Shown here one piece after another: positions 21,559 to 30,689 of a stretch of DNA of 64,000 nt. How positions within the stretch are numbered: the stretch's first letter is position 1; each line of letters opens with the position of its first letter. The position numbers and the translations under genes are program-made. The notes under the pieces were generated by a model. That model did not search any database, was not told the DNA's origin, and worked only from the letters and a program-made list of their open reading frames with translations. The stretch lies in assembly GCA_963847445.1 (NCBI GenBank), contig CAWJZV010000034.1, forward strand, positions 64,001 through 128,000, written 5' to 3'. The stretch is from an uncultured delta proteobacterium (GTDB taxonomy: Bacteria; Desulfobacterota; Binatia; UBA9968).

Positions 21559-21708
21559 CCGTCCTGGACCCAGATTCGCAGTCAAGACCAATACCGGGTG
21601 CTCCGGGCTGTGGGCGGCTTGCTTGAATATTGCCCGTCCCTTATTTCCCACTTCAGATCTTCCCGCTCAGCCCTACGCCAACTCATTGGTTCGCGCTGAT
21701 GAAGCGCC

Positions 21709-21951
21709 GCTAGCGTGGCTTTCGATGCAGACAGCATCAACGACGCGCAATTTTTATAACGCTTGTTTTGTCTGCCGAGCCAACGTCGCCGGCAGCCGGT
21801 GCATGGCAGCGCTTCGAACCAGGTAGCGGATGTCCGGCAATGTCGACCTACCCAACAGAAATCTGGTCCGGTGCAGTTGTCGAACAACCAGTGGAGTTGG
21901 AACAAGCACAAAAGACTTTGCCGTGATCGCGCCGGTTTCAAGCCCGCAGTC
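21709..21951 (+). repeat. Degenerate direct copy of the antiporter 3' end (~21343-21583)
   Basis: AGCGTGGCtTTCGATGC..., GCATGGC.GCGCTTCG, TGTCGACC.ACCCAAC.GAAATCTGGTCCGG.GC and GTGGA.TTGGAAC are shared in the same order. Confidence 0.8.
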
Positions 21952-22068
21952 CCGTATTAATACTAAGGAAGGAGTGAAAGGGTGGTCGCAGACCATGAGT
22001 TTTCCGCTTTCTAGGGCATTCACACATCGAGCTGAACTTCAGGTTGTCTTTCAAAGGAGGAAAAAACA

Positions 22069-23253
22069 ATGCAACAAACGTCACTCTCCGCATGCTTCGC
22101 TGTCGCAGCGGCGTTTATCGGGCTGCTGATCGGTATACCATTACACGCGCGCGCCGGCTCTTTTAACTTCGAGAAAATCGCCGATTTTAACACTGTCATT
22201 CCTGGTGGAAAGAAGACTTTTACCGGCCTTCACGATCCTTCTATCAATGATCAGGGGCAAATGCTGTTCAGGGCAAGAGGAAAGTCCGGTCAGCGTGGCA
22301 TTTATGTCTATCAGGGCGGTATTCTGGCGGTGGTCGCAGACGCCAATACTGTTCTCCCTGGTGAGGCAGGGGTTTTAACAGGCGTTCGCGATCTATCAAT
22401 GAATAACAGCGGCCAAGTAGTGTTTGAGGCAACAGGCAGTTCCGGCCAGCAGGGCATTTATCTCAAAGCGGGCGGAAGTCTCGCGGTTGTGGCAGACCGC
22501 AAAACGCCCATTCCCGGCGGAAGCGGAAATTTCACCAGTCTCAGCGCTCCTTTTATCAGTGACCAGGGGGAGGTTCTTTTTAAGGGAGACGGCGAGAACG
22601 ATCAGCATGGTATCTACAGTTATAGAGGAGGCATACTGGCAATTGTCGCCGACACTAAAACTGCTATTCCGGCCGGAAAAAAATTCTTCGTTAATTTCCG
22701 TCATCTTTCGATAAATAGGGCGGGGCAGGTGGTGTTTAACGGCAAGGGCCACTCTGAGCAGCGCGGCATTTATATCCACATGGGCGACCGTCTGGTGGTT
22801 GTAGCAGACCGCAACACGCCCCTTCCTGATGGAAGTAAAACTTTTAAAGCGTTCCGCAAAGCTTCCATTGACGCTGAGGCGGAGATCGCGTTTAAGGCAA
22901 AAGGAAAATCCGATCAGCGCGGTATTTATATCGACATCGGGGGTAATCTCGCTGTCGTGGCGGATCACAATACGGCTATTCCGGACGGAGCGGGAAATTT
23001 TGATTTATTCGGGATCCCTTCTATCGATAGCGGGCACGTGGCCTTTACAGCCAACAGCGATAACCAAGGAGGTCTATACACGACCCTCGGTGGCTCGCTT
23101 ACGAAGGTCCTCTCATTGGGCGATCCGCTTGCTGGAAAGACAGTGACGGAAATAATTTTTCGACCGGACGGCCTTAGCGGTAACAACATTATCTTCAAAG
23201 TTATTTTCGACGATTCTTCGAGAGCCATCTACCGGGCCGTTCTGGCTGCCTAA
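22069..23253 (+). CDS. Secreted NxxGxxAF-type tandem repeat protein (probable 7-bladed beta-propeller)
   Basis: AAGGAGG SD, signal peptide, seven ~55-aa repeats (SINDQGQMLF, SMNNSGQVVF, FISDQGEVLF, SINRAGQVVF, SIDAEAEIAF, SIDSGHVAF, GLSGNNIIF). Confidence 0.82.
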   Translation: MQQTSLSACFAVAAAFIGLLIGIPLHARAGSFNFEKIADFNTVIPGGKKTFTGLHDPSINDQGQMLFRARGKSGQRGIYVYQGGILAVVADANTVLPGEAGVLTGVRDLSMNNSGQVVFEATGSSGQQGIYLKAGGSLAVVADRKTPIPGGSGNFTSLSAPFISDQGEVLFKGDGENDQHGIYSYRGGILAIVADTKTAIPAGKKFFVNFRHLSINRAGQVVFNGKGHSEQRGIYIHMGDRLVVVADRNTPLPDGSKTFKAFRKASIDAEAEIAFKAKGKSDQRGIYIDIGGNLAVVADHNTAIPDGAGNFDLFGIPSIDSGHVAFTANSDNQGGLYTTLGGSLTKVLSLGDPLAGKTVTEIIFRPDGLSGNNIIFKVIFDDSSRAIYRAVLAA

Positions 23254-23297
23254 GCTTCGAGTTCCTGAACCGTAATTTGTTGAGCTCTTTTTCCTGG

Positions 23298-24548
23298 ATG
23301 ATCATGGGTCTTCATTCGCCTCGCGTGACTCTCGCTGCCTACACCCATTTCGGTGCTAGGGGGCTCAAGGGCGTTGGTATGTACCACATTGTGAAAGAAG
23401 CGTGGAGGAGAGGGTGGGTAGAGAAAGTAATTGCAGTGTCAAAGAGCCGTTGCCAATATGACTTCGATCTTCGTCTGGTGGATACACTTCCCGGTGGATC
23501 ACGCCTGATCCACGGTCTCGGCCAGGTTAAAGAAAAGCTATGGCGGGGGTTTCCATCCCGCTGGCTGAATGAGACGATCTTTGATCAGTACGCTGCGTCC
23601 CGGCTGAGCGGCTCAGGCGGGATATTTATCGCGACTCCGGGGCTGGTTCGGACTGCGCGCAAAGCCAAGAATCTTGGCTATACGACTCTCCTTTACGGCG
23701 GCCATTCTGACCCTGCGTTTCTGTTGCAACAAATACAGATCGAGCGGAGCGCCTTCGGCCTAAAAACCACTAATCAGAACAAAGGTCGCTCTTGGGAAAT
23801 GGCACGCTTCGCGGCGCACATCGATACCTCAGATTACATCCTTGCTATTTCGGAGTTTGCCGCCAACACTTACGTGCAGCAGGGATTTCCACCGGAAAGA
23901 ATCTTTATCGTCCCGCTCGGGGTGGATCTCGCCAAGTTTTCCGCCACGCCGCCGCCTTCCGGCAACGACTTCACGTATCTGTTCATGGCTCATGCGAGCG
24001 GCAGTACGGGTATATTGAAGGGCCTTCCGTACCTTTTACAGGCATGGGATGAGATGAGCCTGCAGCACGCTCGGCTTCTAATATGTGGGCATATCGGCCA
24101 GGAGGTTCAAGACTTGGTTGCCAGATATAGAAATAAATTCACCAATGTGGAGTTTACCGGTAGCGTCAGTGATCCTGTGCAGTATTATCAAAGAGCATCC
24201 GTCTTTGTATTCCCCTCACTTGCGGAGGGATTCGGGAAGGTCGTTCTTGAAGCCATGGCCAGCGGCCGCCCTGTTATCACTACCTCGATCCCAAAACCGG
24301 TGGTCCGGGATGGCATCGACGGATTTTATATCTCTCCCCGCGACGTAGCGGATTTGAAAGAAAAGATGCGGTACTTTTACAATCGTCCGGAGGAAGTTGG
24401 TCGAATGGGGATGCACGCCAGCGAACAAGCCCGCAGGTTCAGTTGGGACAGATTCAGCGTACAGGTGGCCGACATAGTGGCAAGGGCTGCTGCGGGAAGT
24501 CCACCTGCGAGGTCCAAATTTTCGGTCCAGCCGGCTGACGGGCAGTAA
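23298..24548 (+). CDS. Glycosyltransferase family 4 (start uncertain)
   Basis: PLGVD, KGLPYLL, PSLAEGFGKVVLEAMASG. Confidence 0.9.
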   Translation: MIMGLHSPRVTLAAYTHFGARGLKGVGMYHIVKEAWRRGWVEKVIAVSKSRCQYDFDLRLVDTLPGGSRLIHGLGQVKEKLWRGFPSRWLNETIFDQYAASRLSGSGGIFIATPGLVRTARKAKNLGYTTLLYGGHSDPAFLLQQIQIERSAFGLKTTNQNKGRSWEMARFAAHIDTSDYILAISEFAANTYVQQGFPPERIFIVPLGVDLAKFSATPPPSGNDFTYLFMAHASGSTGILKGLPYLLQAWDEMSLQHARLLICGHIGQEVQDLVARYRNKFTNVEFTGSVSDPVQYYQRASVFVFPSLAEGFGKVVLEAMASGRPVITTSIPKPVVRDGIDGFYISPRDVADLKEKMRYFYNRPEEVGRMGMHASEQARRFSWDRFSVQVADIVARAAAGSPPARSKFSVQPADGQ

Positions 24549-24740
24549 TCGCTGGGGGTTGCTGGCTAGCGATCTCTGGAATGCTATTGGTTTCCCGCTA
24601 GGTACGATGAGGGATAAGCGGTAAATCAGCGCACGTTCGCAAAAATCTTGCCTGGCCTACGCCCCATTTGATTTTGGAGCTACGTTCGCGCGCGAATTTC
24701 ACTTTTAGGAATTGAGATATTTCTGGGAAGGCAAAAGCAC

Positions 24741-25635
24741 ATGAAGAATGTGACGATCTATTTTGTCGCGCTATTCGTGATACTGCTGGCGGCGCCAGCA
24801 TCACCCAATACCGATGCTGTAAACCCTTTGGTCAAATTTTTCGAGGGACGGTTAAGCATCCGTGCTGTGAATATCCCTCTCAAGGAATTGGTCCAGGAAA
24901 TTCGCAAGAAAAGCGGCATTGTTGTCGAGATCAGAGATCTCAAAGCTGCGGAGAAGCGGATTACCGTCGATCTTGTCAATCTCTCACCCGCACTCGCACT
25001 CGAAGAGATTCTCAGAGGCTTCAGTTTTGCCTTGCTCTATAACAATAGGGCCCATCTTTCCGAAGCCGTGGTCTTGGCGCCCGTAGTTCCTCCTCCGCAG
25101 GTCGCTCAATCCAAGCCCCCACCACCCCGGCCGCTGCAGCCTGTGAGAATACCTTCAGTCCCCGGCCCGGATTTCGAAGCGCTGCTAAAGCGCAACCGGG
25201 ACGAAGGCATGCAAGCTATTTCGCTAGCTCTGAAGGGAAGTAACCGGAGAGATAAGCTTGAGGCTGTGGATGCGCTTGAGAGCTTCGGATCCGCTGACGA
25301 CCCGGAAATCATCCGGCTTCTCGGAGAAGCGCTGGCCGATTCCGACAAGGCGGTAAAGAAATCCGCGCTTGAGGCTTTGGTGGATAAAGGAAGGGGTAGC
25401 GGTGATTCCCCTTCTCGCCGCCGGACTCAAAGATCCAGACCCTTCAATCCGTGTAGAAGTTCTCGACGCCCTAAGTGATAAAGGGGAACTCCAGTTGGTG
25501 AGAAACGCGCTCTCGGATCCAGACAAAGAGGTCAGAGAAAAAGCGCAGGAGCTTTTAGAGACCGAACGCAAAGCGACTGATTTCAAAGCTAACAGCCAAC
25601 GGAATACTGGTCGGCCCGCCTTGCAACGAAGGTGA
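24741..25635 (+). CDS. Secreted protein: secretin/STN-like N-domain, Pro-rich linker, HEAT repeats (frameshift at ~25390)
   Basis: Signal peptide, LSIRAVNIPLKELVQEI...LEEILRG, then LADSDKAVK, LKDPDPSIR, LSDPDKEVR HEAT motifs. Confidence 0.7.
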
Positions 25636-25657
25636 GAAGTCTTGACGCGTTAAAGAA

Positions 25658-25678
25658 GATCTTTCCTGAGGAAAGATC
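25658..25678. promoter_or_regulatory. Perfect inverted repeat (hairpin or operator) between the HEAT gene and the sulfotransferase
   Basis: GATCTTTCC-TGA-GGAAAGATC; no U-tract. Confidence 0.35.
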
Positions 25679-25808
25679 GAGAGGCTACTCGTGAACTGTC
25701 CGCCGCTAGAGTCTATGCCTTTTCTTTGAGTATACTCTTCAGCTTACTAGAGAAGTCCGAACCTGCCGCGAGAATTCGCCGGACCCATTGGGATTATACG
25801 ACCGGACG

Positions 25809-26702
25809 ATGAGATCGCCTGATTTTTTTATCGTCGGAGCGCCGAAATGCGGCACCACCGCGATGAATTTCTATCTCAAGCAACATCCGGACATCTTCAT
25901 GTCTGAGAAAGAAATTCATTTTTTCGGCGAGGATCTGCGCTTCGCCGTCCCCAGAGTGACGAGGCAGCAATATCTCTCCGCTTTCTCCGCCGCGACTGAG
26001 GTCAAAAGAGCTGGTGAGGCCGCGGTGTGGTACCTGTACTCGCGGCAGGCTGCGCACGAAATAAAGGAATTCTCTCCTTCGGCGCGGATCATTATTATGC
26101 TTCGCAACCCCGTCGACGTCATGTATTCGCTCTACCGGCAACGTCTGTATAACGGCAACGAAGATATCGAAGACTTCGAAGCGGCGTTGGATGCCGAGGA
26201 GAGTCGAGAGTTGGGGAAACGGATGCCGAGACGGCCGTCGAATCTCATGGGGTGCTTTTACCGGGCGAGCGTGAAATTCACGAGTCAAGTCCGGCGCTAT
26301 TTCGATCGGTTCGATCGGCAGAATGTGCATGTCATTATTTTTGACGATTTCCAGAAAGATGCAGCTCTGGTCTACAGCCAATGCTGTGATTTCCTCGATG
26401 TAGATAATCGTTTTCGGCCAAGCTTCCCCGTCATAAATGCTAGGCAACGTGCCCGGAGCGAGTTTATACGGGATCTATTGCACGATCCTCCCCGATCCTT
26501 TCACTGGTTTGCCAAGGCGTTGATGCTTCGGCGGAACCGCCAGGGAGGATACAAAGGCTGGCTTAAGCGTTTAAACACCACTCACGCGAACATACCGCCG
26601 ATGCAACCAGAATTGAGGCGGGCACTGAAGGAAGAGTTCCGGCCAGAAGTGGAGCAGTTAAGCGAGTTGCTCGGCCGCGATCTAACTACCTGGTGCAACT
26701 GA
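25809..26702 (+). CDS. Sulfotransferase
   Basis: PDFFIVGAPKCGTTAM, KEIHFF, MLRNPVDVMYS. Confidence 0.93.
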   Translation: MRSPDFFIVGAPKCGTTAMNFYLKQHPDIFMSEKEIHFFGEDLRFAVPRVTRQQYLSAFSAATEVKRAGEAAVWYLYSRQAAHEIKEFSPSARIIIMLRNPVDVMYSLYRQRLYNGNEDIEDFEAALDAEESRELGKRMPRRPSNLMGCFYRASVKFTSQVRRYFDRFDRQNVHVIIFDDFQKDAALVYSQCCDFLDVDNRFRPSFPVINARQRARSEFIRDLLHDPPRSFHWFAKALMLRRNRQGGYKGWLKRLNTTHANIPPMQPELRRALKEEFRPEVEQLSELLGRDLTTWCN

Positions 26703-28372
26703 TGAGAACTAATACTGATTCGGCGCCGCTCCCTCTCGTTGGAGGAATCTCGCAGACCGTTGCCCGCACATGGTTTGCCTGGGCCGGCCGATTTTTGTTG
26801 TGGTCGTTCGCTTTTGGTATCTCCTATACTCAATCGCCCCTTTATACCTCGAATCAAAATACCAAATTCATTCATGGCCTGGCAGACGCCGGGTTGGGTT
26901 TCCTGACCGAAGATTGGTTGGCCAAGACGACAGACGTACTTCCAGTTTTTAGCTATTTGGTTTATCTGACGTACAAGTACCTGCATGAATCCATGTTCTA
27001 CTTCTACAATATTCTAATCTTTGGTGTTTATCTCTACAGTGTGTCGGGCATCGTTTCGACCGTCTACAATATCAATAGCGACCGACTCAGACACCTTACA
27101 TTCCTGACCGTCATTACCGCGATACATTCCTATGCCTTCGACTCGCTCTCATTGAGGCTCTTGGGGTTCGAACTGGGACAATTCCTCCACTACGGAGTTG
27201 CCGAACAACACGCGATCGGACGGATCTTTCAGCCCAGTGTCTTTGGCGTCCTTATTGTTTTATCGATTTATGCTTTTCTCCGCCGAAAGACGGTTGCCGC
27301 CGTTTTTCTTCTAGCCTTCTCGGCGACCATTCATCCGGCTTATTTCCTGACTGCGGCGGTTTACACCTGCGCCTATATGTGGATCGTATATAGGGAGAAG
27401 AACAGCATAAAAAAATCTTTGGCTGTCGGATTCTTCGTTCTCATTTTGACTTTGCCCTACTTGGCGTATTTCTATGTTCAGTTTAGTCCGACGTCGCCAG
27501 AAATCTGGAGTAGGGCGCAAGATATTCTGGTCAATTTCCGGAGCCCGCATCACATGAATGCGGACGTCTGGTTGAACGCGTCTGCCTATGGGAAAGTCCT
27601 CCTCGTGACCACGGCTTTGTACCTGGTCAGAAAAACGCAGCTTCTGCCGTTCATGCTCTTGCCGTTTTTGGTCTTTTTACTTTCCATCGTCGCACAGTTG
27701 CTGACCGGCAATAACACGTTAGCGGCCGCTACTCCGTGGCGTATTTCCGTCTTCTTAGTTCCGCTCTCGGTCGGGATCATCGTTGCTCATTTGGTGTCTT
27801 ATGTATTTGAAAAATTTCGTGAGCCAATTTCTAAGAATCACAAAACCATCACCGTCTTAAGCTTCGCAGCGGTTTTGATGCTCGTACTCTATGGGGTGAT
27901 GACCCAGGTGAAACGCCACGTCAAGTACTACCGTGGCGACAGCATTCCGATGATGAACTTCGTGAGGGAAACGAAATCTTCGGGCGAAACTTATCTTGTA
28001 CCTGTCGAGTTGGAAGATTTTCGGTTGTACACGGGAGCTCCCACATTTATAACGTTCAAGTCGGGGGCGTTTAAAGATGCGGAATATTTAGAGTGGTATA
28101 AACGGCTTGTCGCCGCAAGCGAGTTCTATCTAGCTAAGGACGCCGGGGCCTGCAAGATGCTGAAAACGTTCGAGGACGATTACAAAATCACGCATGTCGT
28201 CGTACCGGGCCATGCGCCGGACAGGCCTTGCGAAAATGCCTACGAGCTATATAAGGATGACCATTATCGCGTCTACAGAATCGACACAAATCGCTCCGTT
28301 GCTCGATTATTAAAGAGGCCCCGACCTGACATTTTTGAGCTTCATGGGTGTAATGAATTTCATTCACCGTAA
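26702..28372 (+). CDS. Polytopic membrane protein (DUF6798-like, possible GT-C fold)
   Basis: TGATG coupling to the sulfotransferase; QSPLYTSNQNT, FQPSVFGV, RSPHH, FRLYTG motifs; ~12 hydrophobic segments. Confidence 0.7.
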   Translation: MRTNTDSAPLPLVGGISQTVARTWFAWAGRFLLWSFAFGISYTQSPLYTSNQNTKFIHGLADAGLGFLTEDWLAKTTDVLPVFSYLVYLTYKYLHESMFYFYNILIFGVYLYSVSGIVSTVYNINSDRLRHLTFLTVITAIHSYAFDSLSLRLLGFELGQFLHYGVAEQHAIGRIFQPSVFGVLIVLSIYAFLRRKTVAAVFLLAFSATIHPAYFLTAAVYTCAYMWIVYREKNSIKKSLAVGFFVLILTLPYLAYFYVQFSPTSPEIWSRAQDILVNFRSPHHMNADVWLNASAYGKVLLVTTALYLVRKTQLLPFMLLPFLVFLLSIVAQLLTGNNTLAAATPWRISVFLVPLSVGIIVAHLVSYVFEKFREPISKNHKTITVLSFAAVLMLVLYGVMTQVKRHVKYYRGDSIPMMNFVRETKSSGETYLVPVELEDFRLYTGAPTFITFKSGAFKDAEYLEWYKRLVAASEFYLAKDAGACKMLKTFEDDYKITHVVVPGHAPDRPCENAYELYKDDHYRVYRIDTNRSVARLLKRPRPDIFELHGCNEFHSP

Positions 28373-28408
28373 CTGTTTATTGTGTATGAAATGTCAGTCA
28401 ACCCATCG

Positions 28409-28488
28409 GCAGCGCTGGTTATGTCAGGGCGAGTCTCGTCATTTCTTTTCATCACCCAATGACTCTGGGAGCACAACCTAGAATCGTC
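28409..28488 (+). repeat. Conserved ~80-bp non-coding element, copy 1
   Basis: Aligns nearly gap-free with 30157-30238. Confidence 0.7.
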
Positions 28489-28592
28489 CCAATTTGTGCA
28501 AAGGCCGCGGCAGAGGACGGCTTTGATAAAATGATCTGGCGCGCAGATCGATTCAGTCCCGGTTTCTCAATGGTTTACATGCCAGGCTTGAC

Positions 28593-28608
28593 TGGCATTG
28601 CCCTTGCA
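28593..28608 (+). promoter_or_regulatory. Candidate sigma-54 (-24/-12) promoter
   Basis: TGGCATTGCCCTTGCA with exact GG-N10-GC spacing. Confidence 0.45.
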
Positions 28609-28624
28609 CTGGGCGTTGGGAACT

Positions 28625-30064
28625 ATGAAATTCCCAATATTCATTGTCATGTTTGCTGTGGCCAATCTATTTTTGAGTTTACCTGCTTTGCGAAAGTACA
28701 AACCCCCGACCAAACCCGTAGTGATCGACGACGGGGCCTACACTAGCTCTTTTGTAAAGCTACATGCGAAGTGGACTAGCCCTAGTCCCGAATCGGGAAT
28801 CGTCAAATTTAGATATCAAATCCGCGAGGGGTCAACTTCAGGCCCTATCATAGTTGGCTGGCAGTCGGTTGGTCTGGCAACCGAAATCACCCATCTTGGG
28901 TTAAGTCTTTTCAACGGGAAGACCTATTATATTGGGGTGAAGGCGATAAATAGCGAAGGCAAGACGTCCGACGTGGGTTACTCGGACGGGATCACAGTAC
29001 AAAATAGTTCCGCACCGCCACCACCACCGCCACCACCACCGCCGCCGCCACCACCACCGCCGCCGGCGAGCGGGGTACTGGAAGGATTTGGCTCTCAAAC
29101 ATCGGGTGGTGCGGGGAAGCCTATTGTCTTTGTTAGCAATCTGAACGATTCCGGTCCGGGCTCTCTCCGGGCTGCGCTGTCTGGTGGAGATAGGACGATT
29201 CAATTCTTGGTGGGTGGTTTGATCCCGCTTGCCAGTACTCTGCGCGTTAATGGAGCAAATATCACGCTTGACGGTTGCAGTGCCCCTGCACCAGGAATTA
29301 CTCTTGTTGGTCGTCCGGTAGATATTCGCGGCAACTACGGTGCGCACGATGTTATCGTTCAGTGTATTCGTAGCCGAGATTCTATTGATGATGGTTTCAC
29401 TATTAGCGAAGGAGCTTTTAACATTGTCCTGGATCGGGTAAGCGTTGCTAATGCTGCTGACGGAGCTATCGACATTGGTAGTTGGAACGGAAAGCATACG
29501 CACGATATAACTGTCCAGCGTTCGTTAATGACTCAGCCACGTAAGATCATGTTGGTGAAATATTTTGATGTTAAACGGGTTAGTTTACATCACAATTTAT
29601 TTGCTGATTCGACTGATCGGAGCCCGCGCATTGCCTATAACCAGAGCGGCGGGTTGCCAGCGAATGAAATTACCGTCGACTTGCGCAACAACGTGATCGC
29701 CAATTGGAGGGGAGGAATCGGCACGGATGCATCCTGCGGCGCTAAAGCCAATATAGTAGGAAATTACTTTTCCAATTCTGGTGCATCGGTGACCGATCAG
29801 AAGCAGGGAATCGTCGTGTCCAGTGCATCCGAAACTTGCCTCCAAGGTTTTGCATACGTGGAGGGCAACGAGAGTGCAGATGTCCCGGATATAGACAACA
29901 CGCCTTATATTCGCGTGCCCAAAGAAACCATCCCGTTTGCCGCACCGCCGATCACAGAGCAGAACGCATGTGGCGCTGCGCAAATCGTTCTAGCCACGGC
30001 TGGCCATCCTATTCGCGACGACATTGATCAAGCTGCGGTCGGCAGAGTGAGAATCAATTGCTAA
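28625..30064 (+). CDS. Secreted FN3/Ig-like domain + 17-Pro linker + PL1-like lyase domain
   Basis: W...ESGI..Y...YYIGVKAIN FN3-like; poly-Pro; NLNDSGPGSLRAAL, DGAIDI, HHNLF, RSPRI. Confidence 0.85.
   Translation: MKFPIFIVMFAVANLFLSLPALRKYKPPTKPVVIDDGAYTSSFVKLHAKWTSPSPESGIVKFRYQIREGSTSGPIIVGWQSVGLATEITHLGLSLFNGKTYYIGVKAINSEGKTSDVGYSDGITVQNSSAPPPPPPPPPPPPPPPPPASGVLEGFGSQTSGGAGKPIVFVSNLNDSGPGSLRAALSGGDRTIQFLVGGLIPLASTLRVNGANITLDGCSAPAPGITLVGRPVDIRGNYGAHDVIVQCIRSRDSIDDGFTISEGAFNIVLDRVSVANAADGAIDIGSWNGKHTHDITVQRSLMTQPRKIMLVKYFDVKRVSLHHNLFADSTDRSPRIAYNQSGGLPANEITVDLRNNVIANWRGGIGTDASCGAKANIVGNYFSNSGASVTDQKQGIVVSSASETCLQGFAYVEGNESADVPDIDNTPYIRVPKETIPFAAPPITEQNACGAAQIVLATAGHPIRDDIDQAAVGRVRINC
29015..29065 (+). 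repeat. CCR triplet run encoding 17 consecutive prolines
   Basis: Mixed CCG/CCA codons, 51 nt. Confidence 0.95.
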
Positions 30065-30156
30065 ATGGCGTGGCATTTCATCTACACATTCCCGATATCG
30101 GCGAGACGGAACTAACGCATCAGTCGATCGCTTGGCGCGGCTTTGCTCCGGTGAAC

Positions 30157-30238
30157 GCAGCGCCGGTTACATAAACGCGAGTGTCGTGACTCTTTTTCAG
30201 CACCCAAATGACTACGGCTGCTCAGCCTAGTTAGCGTC
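30157..30238 (+). repeat. Conserved ~80-bp non-coding element, copy 2
   Basis: Aligns with 28409-28488. Confidence 0.7.
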
Positions 30239-30689
30239 GGCAAACAAATTGCCATCGGCAACAAGATTTTGTTATTTGCCGCATTGAACACGGAATCATC
30301 ATGCCGTCGTTTCAGAAGGGTTTGACTGCGGCCTTAGCGGATCTGCGGGTAACAGGGGCGATCGGCGACCCTCGTTTATTGCGAGCTTGCCGGACGATAT
30401 TGGTTCCTCACGCTCCGGTAACAATCTTTACCTGACTGGCTCAGGGAAGTTGCAGTTGCGGATCTGCTAAATTAGCATTTTCTATTTCAGGATCGCGCGC
30501 CGTAATCCGGCGCTCTCGCATAATGGATTCAATATAAACTATCCCGTCGGGCTCATTATCATTATTAAAGTTGCAACGGGCTTTACCGACCCGTCGGCTC
30601 AATTGACTAAGTTTCGCTCTCTGATGTAAAAGTCGGGCAGCGTCGTGGCGTCCGCGAGAACGTCCGTCCCGGCCTGAAAGGGCACAATT

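Noticed and set aside
22150-23230. Regularly spaced ~165-bp DNA similarities as a possible repeat array
   Set aside because: Explained by protein-level propeller repeats within one ORF
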